A stretch of 64,000 nt of DNA from Octopus bimaculoides (Eukaryota): contig NC_068985.1 of the NCBI RefSeq assembly GCF_001194135.2, positions 83,835,058 to 83,899,057 of the forward strand, given 5' to 3'. Of the stretch, positions 22,576 through 35,699 are shown piece after piece (the first letter of the stretch is position 1; each line of letters opens with the position of its first letter). Below the pieces are notes generated by a model. The model saw nothing but the letters and a program-made list of their open reading frames with translations. It was not told the origin of the DNA and searched no databases. A program made the position numbers and the translations under genes.

Positions 22576-25037
22576 ATTATATGTGTTCTTGCTCCCAGCC
22601 TCAATTCCTTACATATACCTGTTTTACCTTTCTCTTTCTGCAATGCATACTGATTGTAAGAATAATGTTCTTTTATTCTTACAACTATAAACCTCTGGAA
22701 CATTTGTGTCATTACAAAGCCATAAAATTAATACATTATTGAATTCATTTATTTCTCTCTTTACCTTTTTAGTTTCCACCTCATGGTATTATGTTAAATA
22801 GTATCCCTCATTAATTATGTCTTTCTGTCCCTTCCCCTCTCTCTTTCGCTCTTTGTCTTTACCTGTCCATCTGACAGTCCATCTCTTATTGCATCCATCA
22901 GTCAGTCTGTATCTCCACCAGGATGCCTAGACGCCCATTTTTATATTTGTCTATTTTTCTGTTCATCCATCTATCCTCTACTCAATCTGTCTATCTCTTA
23001 ATCTATCCATCTTTCAATGAATCAATACATCCATCAATAAATCAGTCAGTTTGAAGAGAGTCCTGTAGAGCTATGTCAAATAAAACCCAGTTCTTGTTCT
23101 TGATTTTTCTAAACACAAGTAATCACAAACACATTCAGCCCTTATAATGAATACATTTATCTTGTAATATTTATATATAAAGGGAAATATATTCAGTATG
23201 AGGGCTGAGCATGCAGTGTTTTGTCAAGAGGTAGTCATACTTATTTCTATCTGCAAAATATATATACCTAGTTCAAATAGAAAGTTGTTTGCATCCATAA
23301 TAAATATCAAAATGCTCCTCTTAAGCTACCAGATTTTTTTATGGCTGGTGCATAGGTCCAGTTTTATGACATGAGACAAATAAAAGACAGATTATTTTAT
23401 GGGAAGATGTTAGTCTCTTGCAAGTGACATTCTCAGATTATTCAGCAGTTTAGGTGAACTAAGGTAATATAAAATAAATTGTTCTATCTGGTAACATTAT
23501 GAAATGCCTGCATCACATTAGAACTATACCTGGGAGCAGGTAGTTCACTATTTTACCCATTTAGTCATTTCAACATGGACAGATACAGTAGTTTGCTAAA
23601 CTAGAAGTATCTTTTGTGTTGATAGATATTTTGTTTTGGTTTAATGGCAATAAGCAGTTGAGAGATAAAAACACTTGTAAAAGATGTCAATCTCTTTTGA
23701 ATGAAATTCTCAGATAAATTATTTCCTATTTCTGAAGTCTGAGTGAACTGAATTATGTAAAATTAAATCTGTTGTACACACTGAATGACTAAGTTCAAAA
23801 TACATTTTAATGTTAAACTACCATGATTTTACAAGGGAAGATGAATATATTTTTGAAGAGTTGAATAACAAGTTAACTTTTCATTCTTCCAGATAAAATG
23901 TTTATACAAAGACAAAGAGAAAATTGCTGCAGTCTGTATCTACACCTGCAGATTAATGACAATCTCCCAGAAAGCCTAATTTCCAATATTGTTTTAATTC
24001 TCAGTTGAGCCTTTGCACTTAGCTCTTCTTGTTTTTAACTTTATTTGAAATAGCTAAGAGCTGACATTCACAATGTCTTTTTCAAATTTAGCTGAAATGT
24101 GGCACAAGTGTAACTGAAGATCTCTATTAATCTAGAACCATTATTAGATTGGAAAATAATCTAATAATGCATAATTAAAATTGAACACGAGCATAAATTT
24201 GAATGACAAGGTGGAAGAGATTCATTTTGAGAGAAGGTAAAAAAAAAGAACACCTAGCATCAATTGCAAGCAGCTCCAAATGAAATGGAAGATAATACCA
24301 AGATATCAAAAATTCTCCAGACTTAACTTGCCATCAATGAAGAGACAGTCTGTTTACTAATGGAAACAAGTGGATATTTAAAGATAAGTGTTACTGGCCA
24401 AATAGGTGTCATTGTCACAGCACTGAAATCCAGCCAGACATAAGACTTTGATATAGACAAAATGTGTAGAGAACATTTATGACCTAGGATAAATAGTATA
24501 ATTAAAACAACTGGGAATGTTTATCTCTAACAACAGTGCCATCCAAAACATGCGAGTAGAATTAATTTTGTGGTTCACATTTTAGCTTTGTAAAAAGTTA
24601 GTATCTTTTGAGAACTGAAGTAGTTTTTGGACCTGACAACAAAACTTAGTTTATGGGAAGATTTTATATAGATGAATGAAATTTCACCAGAAAGTGTGAG
24701 GTTGATAATTCCTTGTTAGTGCAATAGTTTTTGTGTAATAGTGCTGTTGATGGCAACCCGGTTGTTGCATTCCCATTGCAGTATGGTCTTCAAGGTCCCT
24801 TTTCAGGAAGGAGGTGCAAGTTTAGTGGGAAAGATGTCACAAGTCTACAGACTTTCCTAATATCCTAGAAACCAGTATTGTAATAGTCTAAGTGGGTAGG
24901 AAACAGGGAGCATGACCAAAATATTTTGTCTTGGACAATAAGCTATGACATCCTGCTAAGTAAGAAGTTGTAGTAAGACTATTTCCATGACACACAAACA
25001 ATTTTTGAAAGAATAGGAATTGTATAATAATGATAAT

Positions 25038-25278
25038 TCTTTCTGCTATAGACAAAAGGCCTAGAATTTTAGGGGAGGCGGTAAGTCAACTTCATCGACC
25101 GCCAGTACTTGACTGGTACTTAATTTATTGACTCCAGAAGGGTTAACAGCATAGTCAACCTTGGCAGAATTTGAACCCAGAACATAGCAACATTTTCCCC
25201 AGCATACTAACAATTTTGCCAGCTCACTACCTCAATAATAATAATAATAATAATAATTGTAGTAATGATAACAGTAGT

Positions 25279-25316
<38 letters not shown>

Positions 25317-25521
25317 TACTCCTTTCTACTATAGGCACAAAGGGAGAGGGGGATAGTCAATTACATTGACCCCAGTACTCAGCTGGTACGTATTTTATCA
25401 ATCCCAAAAAGGAGGAAAGGCAAAATTAACCTCAGCAGAATTTGATCTCAAAATGTGAAGATAGATGAAATACCACTTAGCATTTCACCTGTTAAGCTAA
25501 TAATTCTGCCAGTTCACCGCC

Positions 25522-25569
<48 letters not shown>

Positions 25570-26534
25570 GTAGTAGTAGTAATGGTAATAATAATAGTAG
25601 TAATGATAGTAATACTAATAGAATTTTTGAAATACAATAAAAATAGGATTTGACATCTATACTTCACTCTTCTTTAAATCGTTGTATTCAAACTGCCAAC
25701 CGGAAGAGAGAATGAGTAAACTGATACGTTTCTGGAAAATTTATAAGGAATCTGATGATGTCCAAATGTAAATTCATCAAATTCTTGAAATGAATCATTT
25801 CTTTCAAAGTAAAGAAACCATAATCTAATTTATATTACTTTTTCATGCCAGATGCTCAAATGTTGCTTTGTTTGTTCTTAAAAAGAAAGAAAAAAAAAAG
25901 TTGTTTATTTATTTACTTTATAGACATAAAAACATAACAAAAGATTAAAATGTAAAAAAACACAAAAAATGTACGAAACGTTAAAACATTTAGAGAAACA
26001 GTTGCAACATTGTTCTGATTTGAAGAAGAAAAAGAAGAAAGCTTACACATGTAAAAATTCATTAGTCTTTATTCATGTTTTTTCCAGTCTCCTATCTGTC
26101 TGTGTTTTTTTTTTCTTTACCAGTTAAGTATAAGTAGCAAAATATATACGTTACATAAATCATATGTTTATTTGTTTGTGTGTGTGTCTGCCTGCATGTA
26201 TATATGTGTTTCTAAATGTCTCTTATTCAATAGCTGTTTTAATTTTCTAAATATTTTTGTTACATTTTATTTAGAGAAGTACATTATTATTAAATAAAAC
26301 TTTAATTTATCATTAATAATAACAATGATCCTTCCTACTAAAGGCACAAGGTCTGAAATTTTGAAGGAGGGGGCCTAGTCTACTACATAAATCCCAGTGT
26401 CTTACTGGTACTTCATTTATTGACCCTGAAAGGATGAAAGGCAAAGTTGATCTCGACGGAATTTGAACTCAGAACGCAGCGGCAGACGAAATACCACTAA
26501 GCATGCTAACAATTCAGCCAGCTCACCAATTCAT

Positions 26535-26565
<31 letters not shown>

Positions 26566-27397
26566 GGTTTCAAATTTTGGCACAAGGCCAGCAATTTCGG
26601 GGAGGGAGTAAGTCGATGAAATCGACCCCACTACTCAACTGGTACTTATTTTATCATCCACAAAAGGATGGCAAAACAAAGTTGACCTCAGCAGAATTTG
26701 AACTCGGAGCATAGCAACAGGCAAAATACTGCTAAGCGTTTTGTCCAGCACACTAATGCTTCTGCCAGCTCACCGCTTTTAATGGTTTCCAATTTTTGGC
26801 AGAAGGCCAGAAATTTTGGAGCAGGGTTAATTCAATTGCATTGACTCCAGTGTTCCGCTGGTGCCTATTTTAGTGACCCGCAAAAGGTTGAAAGGCAAAG
26901 TTGACCTCTCAGCAAATAATAACAGTAACAATAAAAATTGTTTCTAATGAAAGTATATGGCCTGAAATTTGAGGTGGACAGAATTAGAAAATAAAATCGG
27001 TGCTTGTACATGACTGACACTTTATTTTAAGAACTCACAATGATGAAAGGTAAATTTGACCTCAGCAGGATTTGAATTTAACATAAAGGACAGAACAAAT
27101 ACCACAAGGCATTCTGACTCTCTAACAATACTACCAGTCCAACTCTCTAATAACAATAATTATTAGTAATAATGGTTTCAAATTTTGCCTTAAAGCCAGT
27201 AGTGGGGGAGTGATTTAATTGATTACATTGACCTCAATATTTAACTGGTACTTATTTTATTGACTCCCTCCCCAACAAAAAAAAAGATTAAAGGCAAGGT
27301 CGACCTCAGCAGAATTTGAACTCAGAACATAAAGATGGATGAAATGCTGCTAAGCATTGTGCCCAGCATGCTGACGATTCTGCCAGCCTGCTGCCCT
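25038..27397 (-). mobile_element. cluster of seven family-B SINE copies, many bordered by (AAT)n
   Basis: Copies at about 25038-25232, 25321-25523, 26330-26527, 26566-26778, 26784-26911, 26940-27148, 27174-27397, all in the same orientation. Confidence 0.85.
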
Positions 27398-28038
27398 CAT
27401 AATAATAATAATAATGATAATATTAACAATGAGGATAATAATAATGATGATGATGATAAGAAGTATGTTAAGAATGATGATAATTATTATTAACAGTATT
27501 ATTATTATTATTATTATTGCTGTTTACTTGCTTGCTTGTTTTTTTACTAATTAATATAGTTTGCTTTAATAAATGAATATACAATAAGGAGAAAAGAATA
27601 AGAAAAAAACATCCATCCATTCAAATGCTGAGTTTTAAAATAAATATATAGAACAAATAATCAAATGAAAATAAAAAACAAAACAAGTATTCTCATGTAT
27701 CAGGCAGTTGGTTGTCATTTCAAGATAGAAAACAAAATACGAATAGAATTATGAATAATCTTTTCTGAAATAAGTTAAGCTCAATCAATAAAATCTTGCA
27801 GATTCCACCTTATATCAATAATTCACCTGTGGATGGGTGAGTAGGTGACATTATATAAGAGTGATGTCTGTGTCTTGCTTAAATGTTCAACTTTTACATA
27901 CATTAATTTTATTTATTCTCATATGCATCTGAAGAGTTATATTTTCTAGTTTTGACATTTTTACTGCTGTTTTTATGATTCGTGAGAATATATGTCTGTA
28001 CATATGTATGTATATAAAACATCATATATATACATACA

Positions 28039-28092
<54 letters not shown>

Positions 28093-28094
28093 TC

Positions 28095-28462
28095 GTAGCA
28101 CTCCGTCGGTTACAACGTGGGTTCCAGTCGAACCGATCAATGGAACACCCTTCTCGTAAAATTAATGTGTAAGTGACTGAGCACTCCACAGACACATGTA
28201 CCCTTAACGTAGTTCTCAGGAAGATTCACCGTGACAAGGCTGGCCCTTAGAAATACAGGTACAAGAGAAACAGGAAGAAAGAGTGAGAGAAAGTTGTGGT
28301 GAAAGAATACAGCAGGGTTTGCCGCGACCACCCCCTGTCGGAGCCTTGTGGAGCTTTAGGTGTCTTCACTCAATAAACCCTCACAACGCCCGGTCTGGGA
28401 ATCGAAACCGTGATCCTTTGACCACAACTCCACTGCCCTAACCACTGGGTGATTGCACCTCC
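28095..28462 (-). mobile_element. SINE family C (tRNA-derived head)
   Basis: Reverse complement of 47321-47702. Confidence 0.85.
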
Positions 28463-29235
28463 ATACATACATATATANNNNNNNNNNNNNNNNNNNNNNN
28501 NNNNNNNNNNNNNNNNNNNNNNNNNNNNNNNNNNNNNNNNNNNNNNNNNNNNNNNNNNNNNNNNNNNNNNNNNNNNNNNNNNNNNNNNNNNNNNNNNNNN
28601 NNNNNNNNNNNNNNNNNNNNNNNNNNNNNNNNNNNNNNNNNNNNNNNNNNNNNNNNNNNNNNNNNNNNNNNNNNNNNNNNNNNNNNNNNNNNNNNNNNNN
28701 NNNNNNNNNNNNNNNNNNNNNNNNNNNNNNNNNNNNNNNNNNNNNNNNNNNNNNNNNNNNNNNNNNNNNNNNNNNNNNNNNNNNNNNNNNNNNNNNNNNN
28801 NNNNNNNNNNNNNNNNNNNNNNNNNNNNNNNNNNNNNNNNNNNNNNNNNNNNNNNNNNNNNNNNNNNNNNNNNNNNNNNNNNNNNNNNNNNNNNNNNNNN
28901 NNNNNNNNNNNNNNNNNNNNNNNNNNNNNNNNNNNNNNNNNNNNNNNNNNNNNNNNNNNNNNNNNNNNNNNNNNNNNNNNNNNNNNNNNNNNNNNNNNNN
29001 NNNNNNNNNNNNNNNNNNNNNNNNNNNNNNNNNNNNNNNNNNNNNNNNNNNNNNNNNNNNNNNNNNNNNNNNNNNNNNNNNNNNNNNNNNNNNNNNNNNN
29101 NNNNNNNNNNNNNNNNNNNNNNNNNNNNNNNNNNNNNNNNNNNNNNNNNNNNNNNNNNNNNNNNNNNNNNNNNNNNNNNNNNNNNNNNNNNNNNNNNNNN
29201 NNNNNNNNNNNNNNNNNNNNNNNNNNNNNNNNNNN

Positions 29236-29280
<45 letters not shown>

Positions 29281-30446
29281 AACATAATATAATAAATATA
29301 TTCTTTTTATTTAGTTGAATAATATACATTACTGCCTACATTTTTGTTTAAACAACAGTGGTCGTTTAAATGATAAATAAATATATAAATAAGAATGCAA
29401 TATTGTAATGAATGTTTTCCACAGTCAATTGAGGCATTTTTCAGGTTTTACCTCAATGCAGATGGCTTCCTTTGGGAAGACAATTGGATGCTTTCTTTTA
29501 TATCAAGTTATTCTTTTACATTTTAAGAACAGTATGTCCCCATAAGAAAGTTTTATTCTCACTAAGTAACTGATAACCCAGCAATTAAGCTCAACATATC
29601 GCATTTTGAGAAATTTGGCTTGCCTGACACAAAGCTATCCATTCAGCAAATTGGACAGGATACTCTGTGAGGAGCTGCGATTAAATAGATGTAAAACCAA
29701 ATATATGGACATGTAAATATTTGACATAGCTTGTTGTTTCTTCATTTCTTGAAGGAAGAATCAAAAACATCCGTTATACTGCATACTTCCATACTTCAGC
29801 TTGCCACAGTATTTATCTACAAGAACTGTCAGAGATGTCATATTTTATCCATTGCTGCTTTTAAACAGATGAGCTTGGAGACCTTGACAAGAATGGTGAA
29901 TAGGATTGAAGCAGAGTTATATATACAGAGATTGGTGTGGAGAAGAAAACCCTTGTGTTTAGACTCGATGCCCACAGTGATGGCATCCACATGACTAGTG
30001 TCAAATACTAGGAAAATAATGTAGCATATTTTCTTTTTGTTCTTAATCCTTAATATAATTATTTCACTCTAAAGCCTTATAGTATATTGTTAAGGAAAAA
30101 GAAACAAAAATAACATTAATAATTCACTTCATATACATAGATATATATATATACATGCTTACACACACGTACTTAGGCACTTATATACACACAGATATAT
30201 CTTTACTGACATTCTTGAAAAATTGTGTAATATTTTACTCCCTGATGAGATAGAATCAAATAACAGTTGCATGTTTGACTATTTATATTCATTTCTTACA
30301 AAACTGTGATATTTGGTGTATTGAGTGGAAGCGTAGAGAATTGATATTTATACCTTACTCCAGTGAATTGAAAAAGTTGCATCTGGGAATCAGAACCAGA
30401 ACAAAGATGCAATATATATTATGAGAGCTTATTTTTACAACATTAG

Positions 30447-30459
30447 CTTCCTGGCTCTT

Positions 30460-30514
<55 letters not shown>

Positions 30515-30534
30515 ATCTCTCTCTCTCTCTCCCC

Positions 30535-30570
<36 letters not shown>

Positions 30571-30665
30571 ACTCTCTCACTCACTGAATATGAATATATG
30601 TGTGTATTTGTGTATGTCTTCTATTTGTGTGTATATATATTTGTGTGCATTCATGCACACATACG

Positions 30666-30706
<41 letters not shown>

Positions 30707-30710
30707 ACAC
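30447..30710. repeat. (CT)n, (CTAT)n and (CA)n microsatellites
   Basis: Direct inspection. Confidence 0.9.
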
Positions 30711-31047
30711 AAGCATTCTCTAAACTAAAAGAATTTAGCTTTATTTTAGTCTATGCAAACTTTCAATTCTTCTATTTTTCTTAAATATACCAATACCATT
30801 TCCACTCAAGCCATATTAATTAGTAACAAAAGAATCAAGCAATATTTAAAGCAACAATTATCAATATCATTCATCCTTTTGAGACTGACGAAGTAAAGTA
30901 CCAGTTGAAGTAGAGGGGTCGATGCAACTGACTAGCCCCTCCCCCTTCTCCACAAATTTCAGGCCATGTGGCTATAATAGAACTGATGATTATTATCATT
31001 AGGATAATAATAATAAGTGTATTTTTTTGTTTTGGTTTCTGGATATC

Positions 31048-31100
<53 letters not shown>

Positions 31101-31111
31101 ATACACACACA

Positions 31112-31448
31112 CCAACCACAAGGTTTTAGGTTCAGTCCCACTGCCTGGCACTTTGAACAAGTGTCTTCTACTATAGCCTCAGGCTGACTAAAGTCTTGTG
31201 AATGGATTTCGTTGACAGAAGCTGAAAGAAAACCGTCGTATATATGTGTATGTTTGTGTGTCTGTGTTTGTCCCCCCACCATTGCTTGAGAACCAATGCT
31301 GGTGTGTTTACGTCCCTGTAACTTAGCGGTTCAGCAAAAGAGACTGATAGAATAAGTACTAGGCTTACAAAAAATAAGTCCTGGAGTTGATTTGTTCGAC
31401 TAAAAGCAGTGCTCTAGTATAGCTACTGTCAAATGACTGAAACAAGCA
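31112..31448 (+). mobile_element. SINE family A, 5'-truncated
   Basis: Collinear with the A consensus from CCAACCAC onward. Confidence 0.85.
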
Positions 31449-31465
31449 CCTTTGCCATTATATGG

Positions 31466-31503
<38 letters not shown>

Positions 31504-31600
31504 NNNNNNNNNNNNNNNNNNNNNNNNNNNNNNNNNNNNNNNNNNNNNNNNNNNNNNNNNNNNNNNNNNNTATATAAATATATAAATAGGGCTATATATA

Positions 31601-31991
31601 TAGGCACAGAAGTAGCTGTGTGGTAAAATGCTTGCTTCCCAACCACATGGTTTCAGGTTCAGTCCCACTGTGTGGCACCTTAGGCAAGTGACCTCTACTA
31701 TAGTCTTGGGCCAACCAAAGCCTTGTGAGTGGATTTGCCAGATGGAAACTGGAAGAAGCCCGTCGTATGTATGTATGTATTTTTTGTGTCTGTGTTTGTC
31801 CTCCCATCACTTGACAACTGATGCTGGTGTGTTTACATCCCCATAACTTAGCAGTTTGGCAAAAGAGAACCGATAGAATAAGTACTAGGCTTACAAAAAA
31901 TAAGTCCTGGGGTTGATTTGTTCGACTAAAGGCAGTGCTCTAGTATAGCTACTGTCAAATGACTGAAACAAGTAAAAGAATAAAAGAATAA
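31601..31991 (+). mobile_element. SINE family A, full length
   Basis: Collinear with A; its 3' part is nearly identical to that of 31112-31448. Confidence 0.85.
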
Positions 31992-31996
31992 ATATA

Positions 31997-32710
31997 CAGG
32001 GTGCGATAGGTAAATTGTCGCCAGTTTATATTAATTTCACATTTTCTGCTAGGATCAGATGATGAATGCACAGAACAACTGCTGGCTTACCGTGTCCCCA
32101 AAACATGTACTGAGAGTGATAAAAATCAAACATCCAGTCAACATCATGGTGTTTGGAGGGATCACTCGTGATGGTGACGTTATGCCTCCGTTCATTTTTC
32201 CACGGGATCTCCATCTCAACACGGAGGCCTACATCGATGGCCTGGAAGAGTTAGTGCTGCCCTGGGTCAAGATGGTGGCTGCTGGAAGATCATATGTCTG
32301 ATAACAGGACTCTGTACCATGCCACACAAGCAGGAGAACCCAGTCATGGCTGTCAGACAATTTCTGCGACCACCTCAGCCCTAATATCTGGCCACATAAT
32401 TCCCCACACTGCAACCTCCTTGATTATTATGTTGAGCAAGAGACCAACAAAATTCTTTGTAGCACCAAAGATGAATTGAAGGCAAGAATTATGGCAGCAT
32501 TCACCAACTTCGACAAGAAGACCATCCAGAATCTTTGCAGAAGATTCCGAAGTCGTCTGGAGGCCATGGTTGGAGCCAATGGCGATTTTATTGAATAAAT
32601 TTACTCAAGATATTTTTAAGTAATTTTGGTAAATATATCTGTTAAAATGAAATGTCAGTGTTATTTTCATTTTTGTGTAATTCAAACAATAATATATTCA
32701 TTGCACCCTG
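31997..32710 (+). mobile_element. maT-family (DD37D) Tc1/mariner deletion derivative
   Basis: TA|CAGGGTGC...GCACCCTG|TA; one reading frame 32059-32597 with two adjacent stops: MVFGGITRDG..MPPFIF...YV**QDSVPCHTSRRTQSWL...IWPHNSPHCNLLDYY...ANGDFIE*; 37 residues between the QD and LDY aspartates; N-terminal DNA-binding domain absent. Confidence 0.9.
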
Positions 32711-34050
32711 TATGTATGTATGTATGTATGTATTATAGATATATAGATAGATATAAAGAGAGAGGGAGATACACACATATGTATGTTAATTAGATTGTAA
32801 CTTAACCAGATCTTTACATTTTATTTTTTATTTTTCCTTTTAGCTTCATTTCAGTCTTGAAAGTTTAGAAGACAAAAGTATTAAAATATTTTATTACAGT
32901 ATATATCTTAGTGATCACTTAGTGGGATCTGTCTGACATGAAGGTCTAATTTGCTGTTGGTGTATTCACATTTACTTTGATAATGAATTTCCACTCTGGA
33001 CAATATATATATATTTCTTCACAATTCAGACACTTGTTGCAGTTAATCAGATTTCTGATTTTCTAATTTGCATTTATATTTTTCTGTCAGTCTTTGTATT
33101 GATATAATGATCAACATGCATAAACTGGTATATGCTACAATGATTGTTATTGCTTTCAGATAGTGTGAAGTTTTATTTTTTTGTGTAAATCAAACTTTGC
33201 CTTTGTTATCAATGGGTTTGAAGTTTTTTATTGTCATTTGAATTGAATGAGTGTTCTTTTAGTAATTAAATCCTTTAATTTATTACTTTGATTTGGAGTT
33301 GTTCAAAATATTTTAATTACATGTATTATGTATCCCTGCAAGTGATATTATATGCTAGTTATATGTTCCTCTTTTTTTTTGTTGCTCAAATTTTTTCTAT
33401 AGATACATATTTTGTATGTTCTATAGTATCTTAAGTAAGTGGGTGGGATGTTTATGTTTGTTTTAGAATAGACCTTTTGTGTTTTGCACAATGTTCCCTG
33501 GTAGTTACATCATTAATAATGGTACAATTTTTCTAGACTACACAGTATGTAATGTTAAGTTTTGTATGTGCAAGATCGTATCAGGTACTGATGTACATCT
33601 GTCTTTATAATCTCACTTGTGATGTTGGTGTTCTTTTTAATTACCATTGGCTATTTTGTAGAGCTCATCTTTTTTGTAACTTTCAGTGCTTAATGTAAAC
33701 TATTGAGAAGGGTACCATCTTAGAAAGCAGTCCATAAGTCCTCTTATACTAATTCCATAATTTTATTTTTATTTTTGAAGCACCTTTTGACCCAGTTATC
33801 TAATTACTGCATTGCATATACTGGAGTGAACTTTTCATGGTTGTATCTTAATTTGTAGATAGTTTTTTTTTTTTCCAATTGGAAAAGAAATGTATTTATT
33901 TAAGAATAAGGTCAGCAGCATCTGATGTAATGTTTCGTTTTTGCTTCTCTGTTTTCTTAATCCAATATTTGATTACTATTATTCCTAAATTATGTGGAAT
34001 AATTATATAGGTATTTTATCTGAAGCTCTGATTCTGCCAATCCATCACCC

Positions 34051-34055
<5 letters not shown>

Positions 34056-34083
<28 letters not shown>

Positions 34084-34131
34084 TAATAATAATAATAATA
34101 ACGATAATAATAATAATAATAATAATAATAA
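34056..34131. repeat. (AAT)n microsatellite
   Basis: Direct inspection. Confidence 0.95.
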
Positions 34132-34285
34132 CCCTTTCTACTATAGGCACAAGGCCTGAAATTTAGAGGGAGGAGACTGGTCGATTATATCGACCCCAGT
34201 ACTCAACTGGAATTTAATTTATCGACCCCTAAACGATGAAAGGCAAAGTCAACCTCAGCAGAATTTGAACTCAGAACTACTGATT
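34132..34285 (-). mobile_element. SINE family B, lacking its 5' end
   Basis: CCTTTCTACTATAGGCACAAGGCC...GCAGAATTTGAACTCAGAAC between (AAT)n tracts. Confidence 0.85.
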
Positions 34286-34464
34286 TTGCAAGCTGAGCAC
34301 CTTAATAATAATAATGATAATAATAATGATAATAATAATAATAATAACCACAGTATTGGACTGGAACTTTATTTTATCAACACAGAAAGGATGAAAAACC
34401 AAGTTGGCAATGGCAGGATTTGAACTCAGGACATGAAGAGCCAGAAAGTATGCATTCACAATTC

Positions 34465-35030
34465 GGATCTTTTTTAAAACGGGGGCCACATTTTTCATTA
34501 ATGTTTTACGTAGTGCTTTTGGTACCGAAAGACTTTCAAACTTCGTATACTTATCTATTTTGTGTTATAGAACAGAAAAATATTTTTGTATTCGAATTTA
34601 TTTCATGTAAAAAATTGTCTTATTTCGATAATTTCAACCAATCACTGACGTCCATTCAGCCGATATACATTAAGTGCCGACTACATAAACAAACGATTCT
34701 TCGTTTTATTTGCTTTTTTCATTTTAAATTTGCTTTAACCCTAACCCTAACCCTAGGGTTAGGGTTAGAGTTAGGGTTAGGGTTAGGGTTAATTGTTTCA
34801 GAATCATTTGTTTATGTAGTCGGCACTTAATGTATATCGGCTGAATGGACGTCAGTGATTGGTTGAAATTACAGAAATACGACAACTTTAACATGGAATA
34901 ATTTATGGATTTCTTTTTTTTTAAAGAAGACTAAGAGAAAAAGATGTTTTATATGACACATTCTACCAGTGTTCCAAGTTTCAAAGTGTTTCGTTAATGA
35001 AAAATGTGGCCCCCGTTTTAAAAAAGATCC
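34465..35030. mobile_element. non-autonomous TIR element with 8-bp TSD, inner inverted arms and an inverted telomeric core (Merlin-like by its termini)
   Basis: 37-bp TIRs GGATCTTTTTTAAAACGGGGGCCACATTTTTCATTAA (34465-34501 and 34994-35030); exact TSD CACAATTC (34457-34464, 35031-35038); 70-bp inner IR with 1 mismatch; (CCCTAA)n/(TTAGGG)n centre. Confidence 0.9.
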
Positions 35031-35049
35031 CACAATTCTACTAGCAATA

Positions 35050-35385
35050 AAAAAAAAATCTGGCACTCTGTTGATTATGACAAGGATTCCAGCTGACACA
35101 ATCAATGGAACAACCTCCTTTTGAAATTACTGTGTAACTGGTTGAGAACTCCACAGACGTACATATCTTTAACATAGTTTTCAGGGAGATTCATCATGAT
35201 ACAGAATGTGACAAGGATGGCCCATTGAATTCCAGGTACAACTCATTTTTGACGACTGAGTTAGACTGGAACAGCATGAAACAAAGTGCCTTGCTCAAGG
35301 ACACAGTACACCACTGGGAATTGAACTCACAGCCTTCTGATTGTGAGGTGAGCTGAATTCCCTTAATCATTAAGCCAATTGCCTT
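35050..35385 (-). mobile_element. chimeric SINE: family-D head with family-C tail
   Basis: 35230-35385 matches the D head (GTGTCCTTGAGCAAGGCACTTTG on minus); 35050-35225 matches the C tail (GAATCTCCCTGAAAACTATGTTAAAG on minus). Confidence 0.6.
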
Positions 35386-35414
35386 CGCTAGCAATGGTAG
35401 CTATAATAATAATA

Positions 35415-35620
35415 ACAGTTTCAAATTTTGCCACACAGGCAGTGTCTTTTGGGGGAGGGGATGAATTGATTACATCAACCCAGTATTTCACTGGTACTTA
35501 ATTTATTGGATGAAAGGCAAAGTCGACCTCAGCGGAATTTGAACTCAGAACATAGTGACAAATGAAATACTGCTAAGCATTTCACCCAGCATGCTAATGG
35601 TTCTGCTAGCTCGCTGCCTT
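35415..35620 (-). mobile_element. SINE family B
   Basis: B core and head, flanked by AAT repeats. Confidence 0.85.
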
Positions 35621-35699
35621 AATTATAATAATAATAATGGCAGTTCCTAATTTAGGCACAAGGTCAGCACTTTTAAGCAGAGGGTGTATACCAATGACA

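Noticed and set aside
24400-24830. Possible ancient LINE reverse-transcriptase remnant on the minus strand
   Set aside because: Only faint resemblance to RT motifs after assuming several frameshifts; needs a profile search to support.
28356-29329. Long ORFs of 190-320 aa here and at 35964-36554, 48577-49334 and 61155-61866
   Set aside because: They are runs of N translated as X; no coding information.
34736-34792. Ancestral chromosome end-to-end fusion site
   Set aside because: The inverted telomeric repeats lie inside a TIR element with its own 8-bp TSD, so they arrived by transposition.
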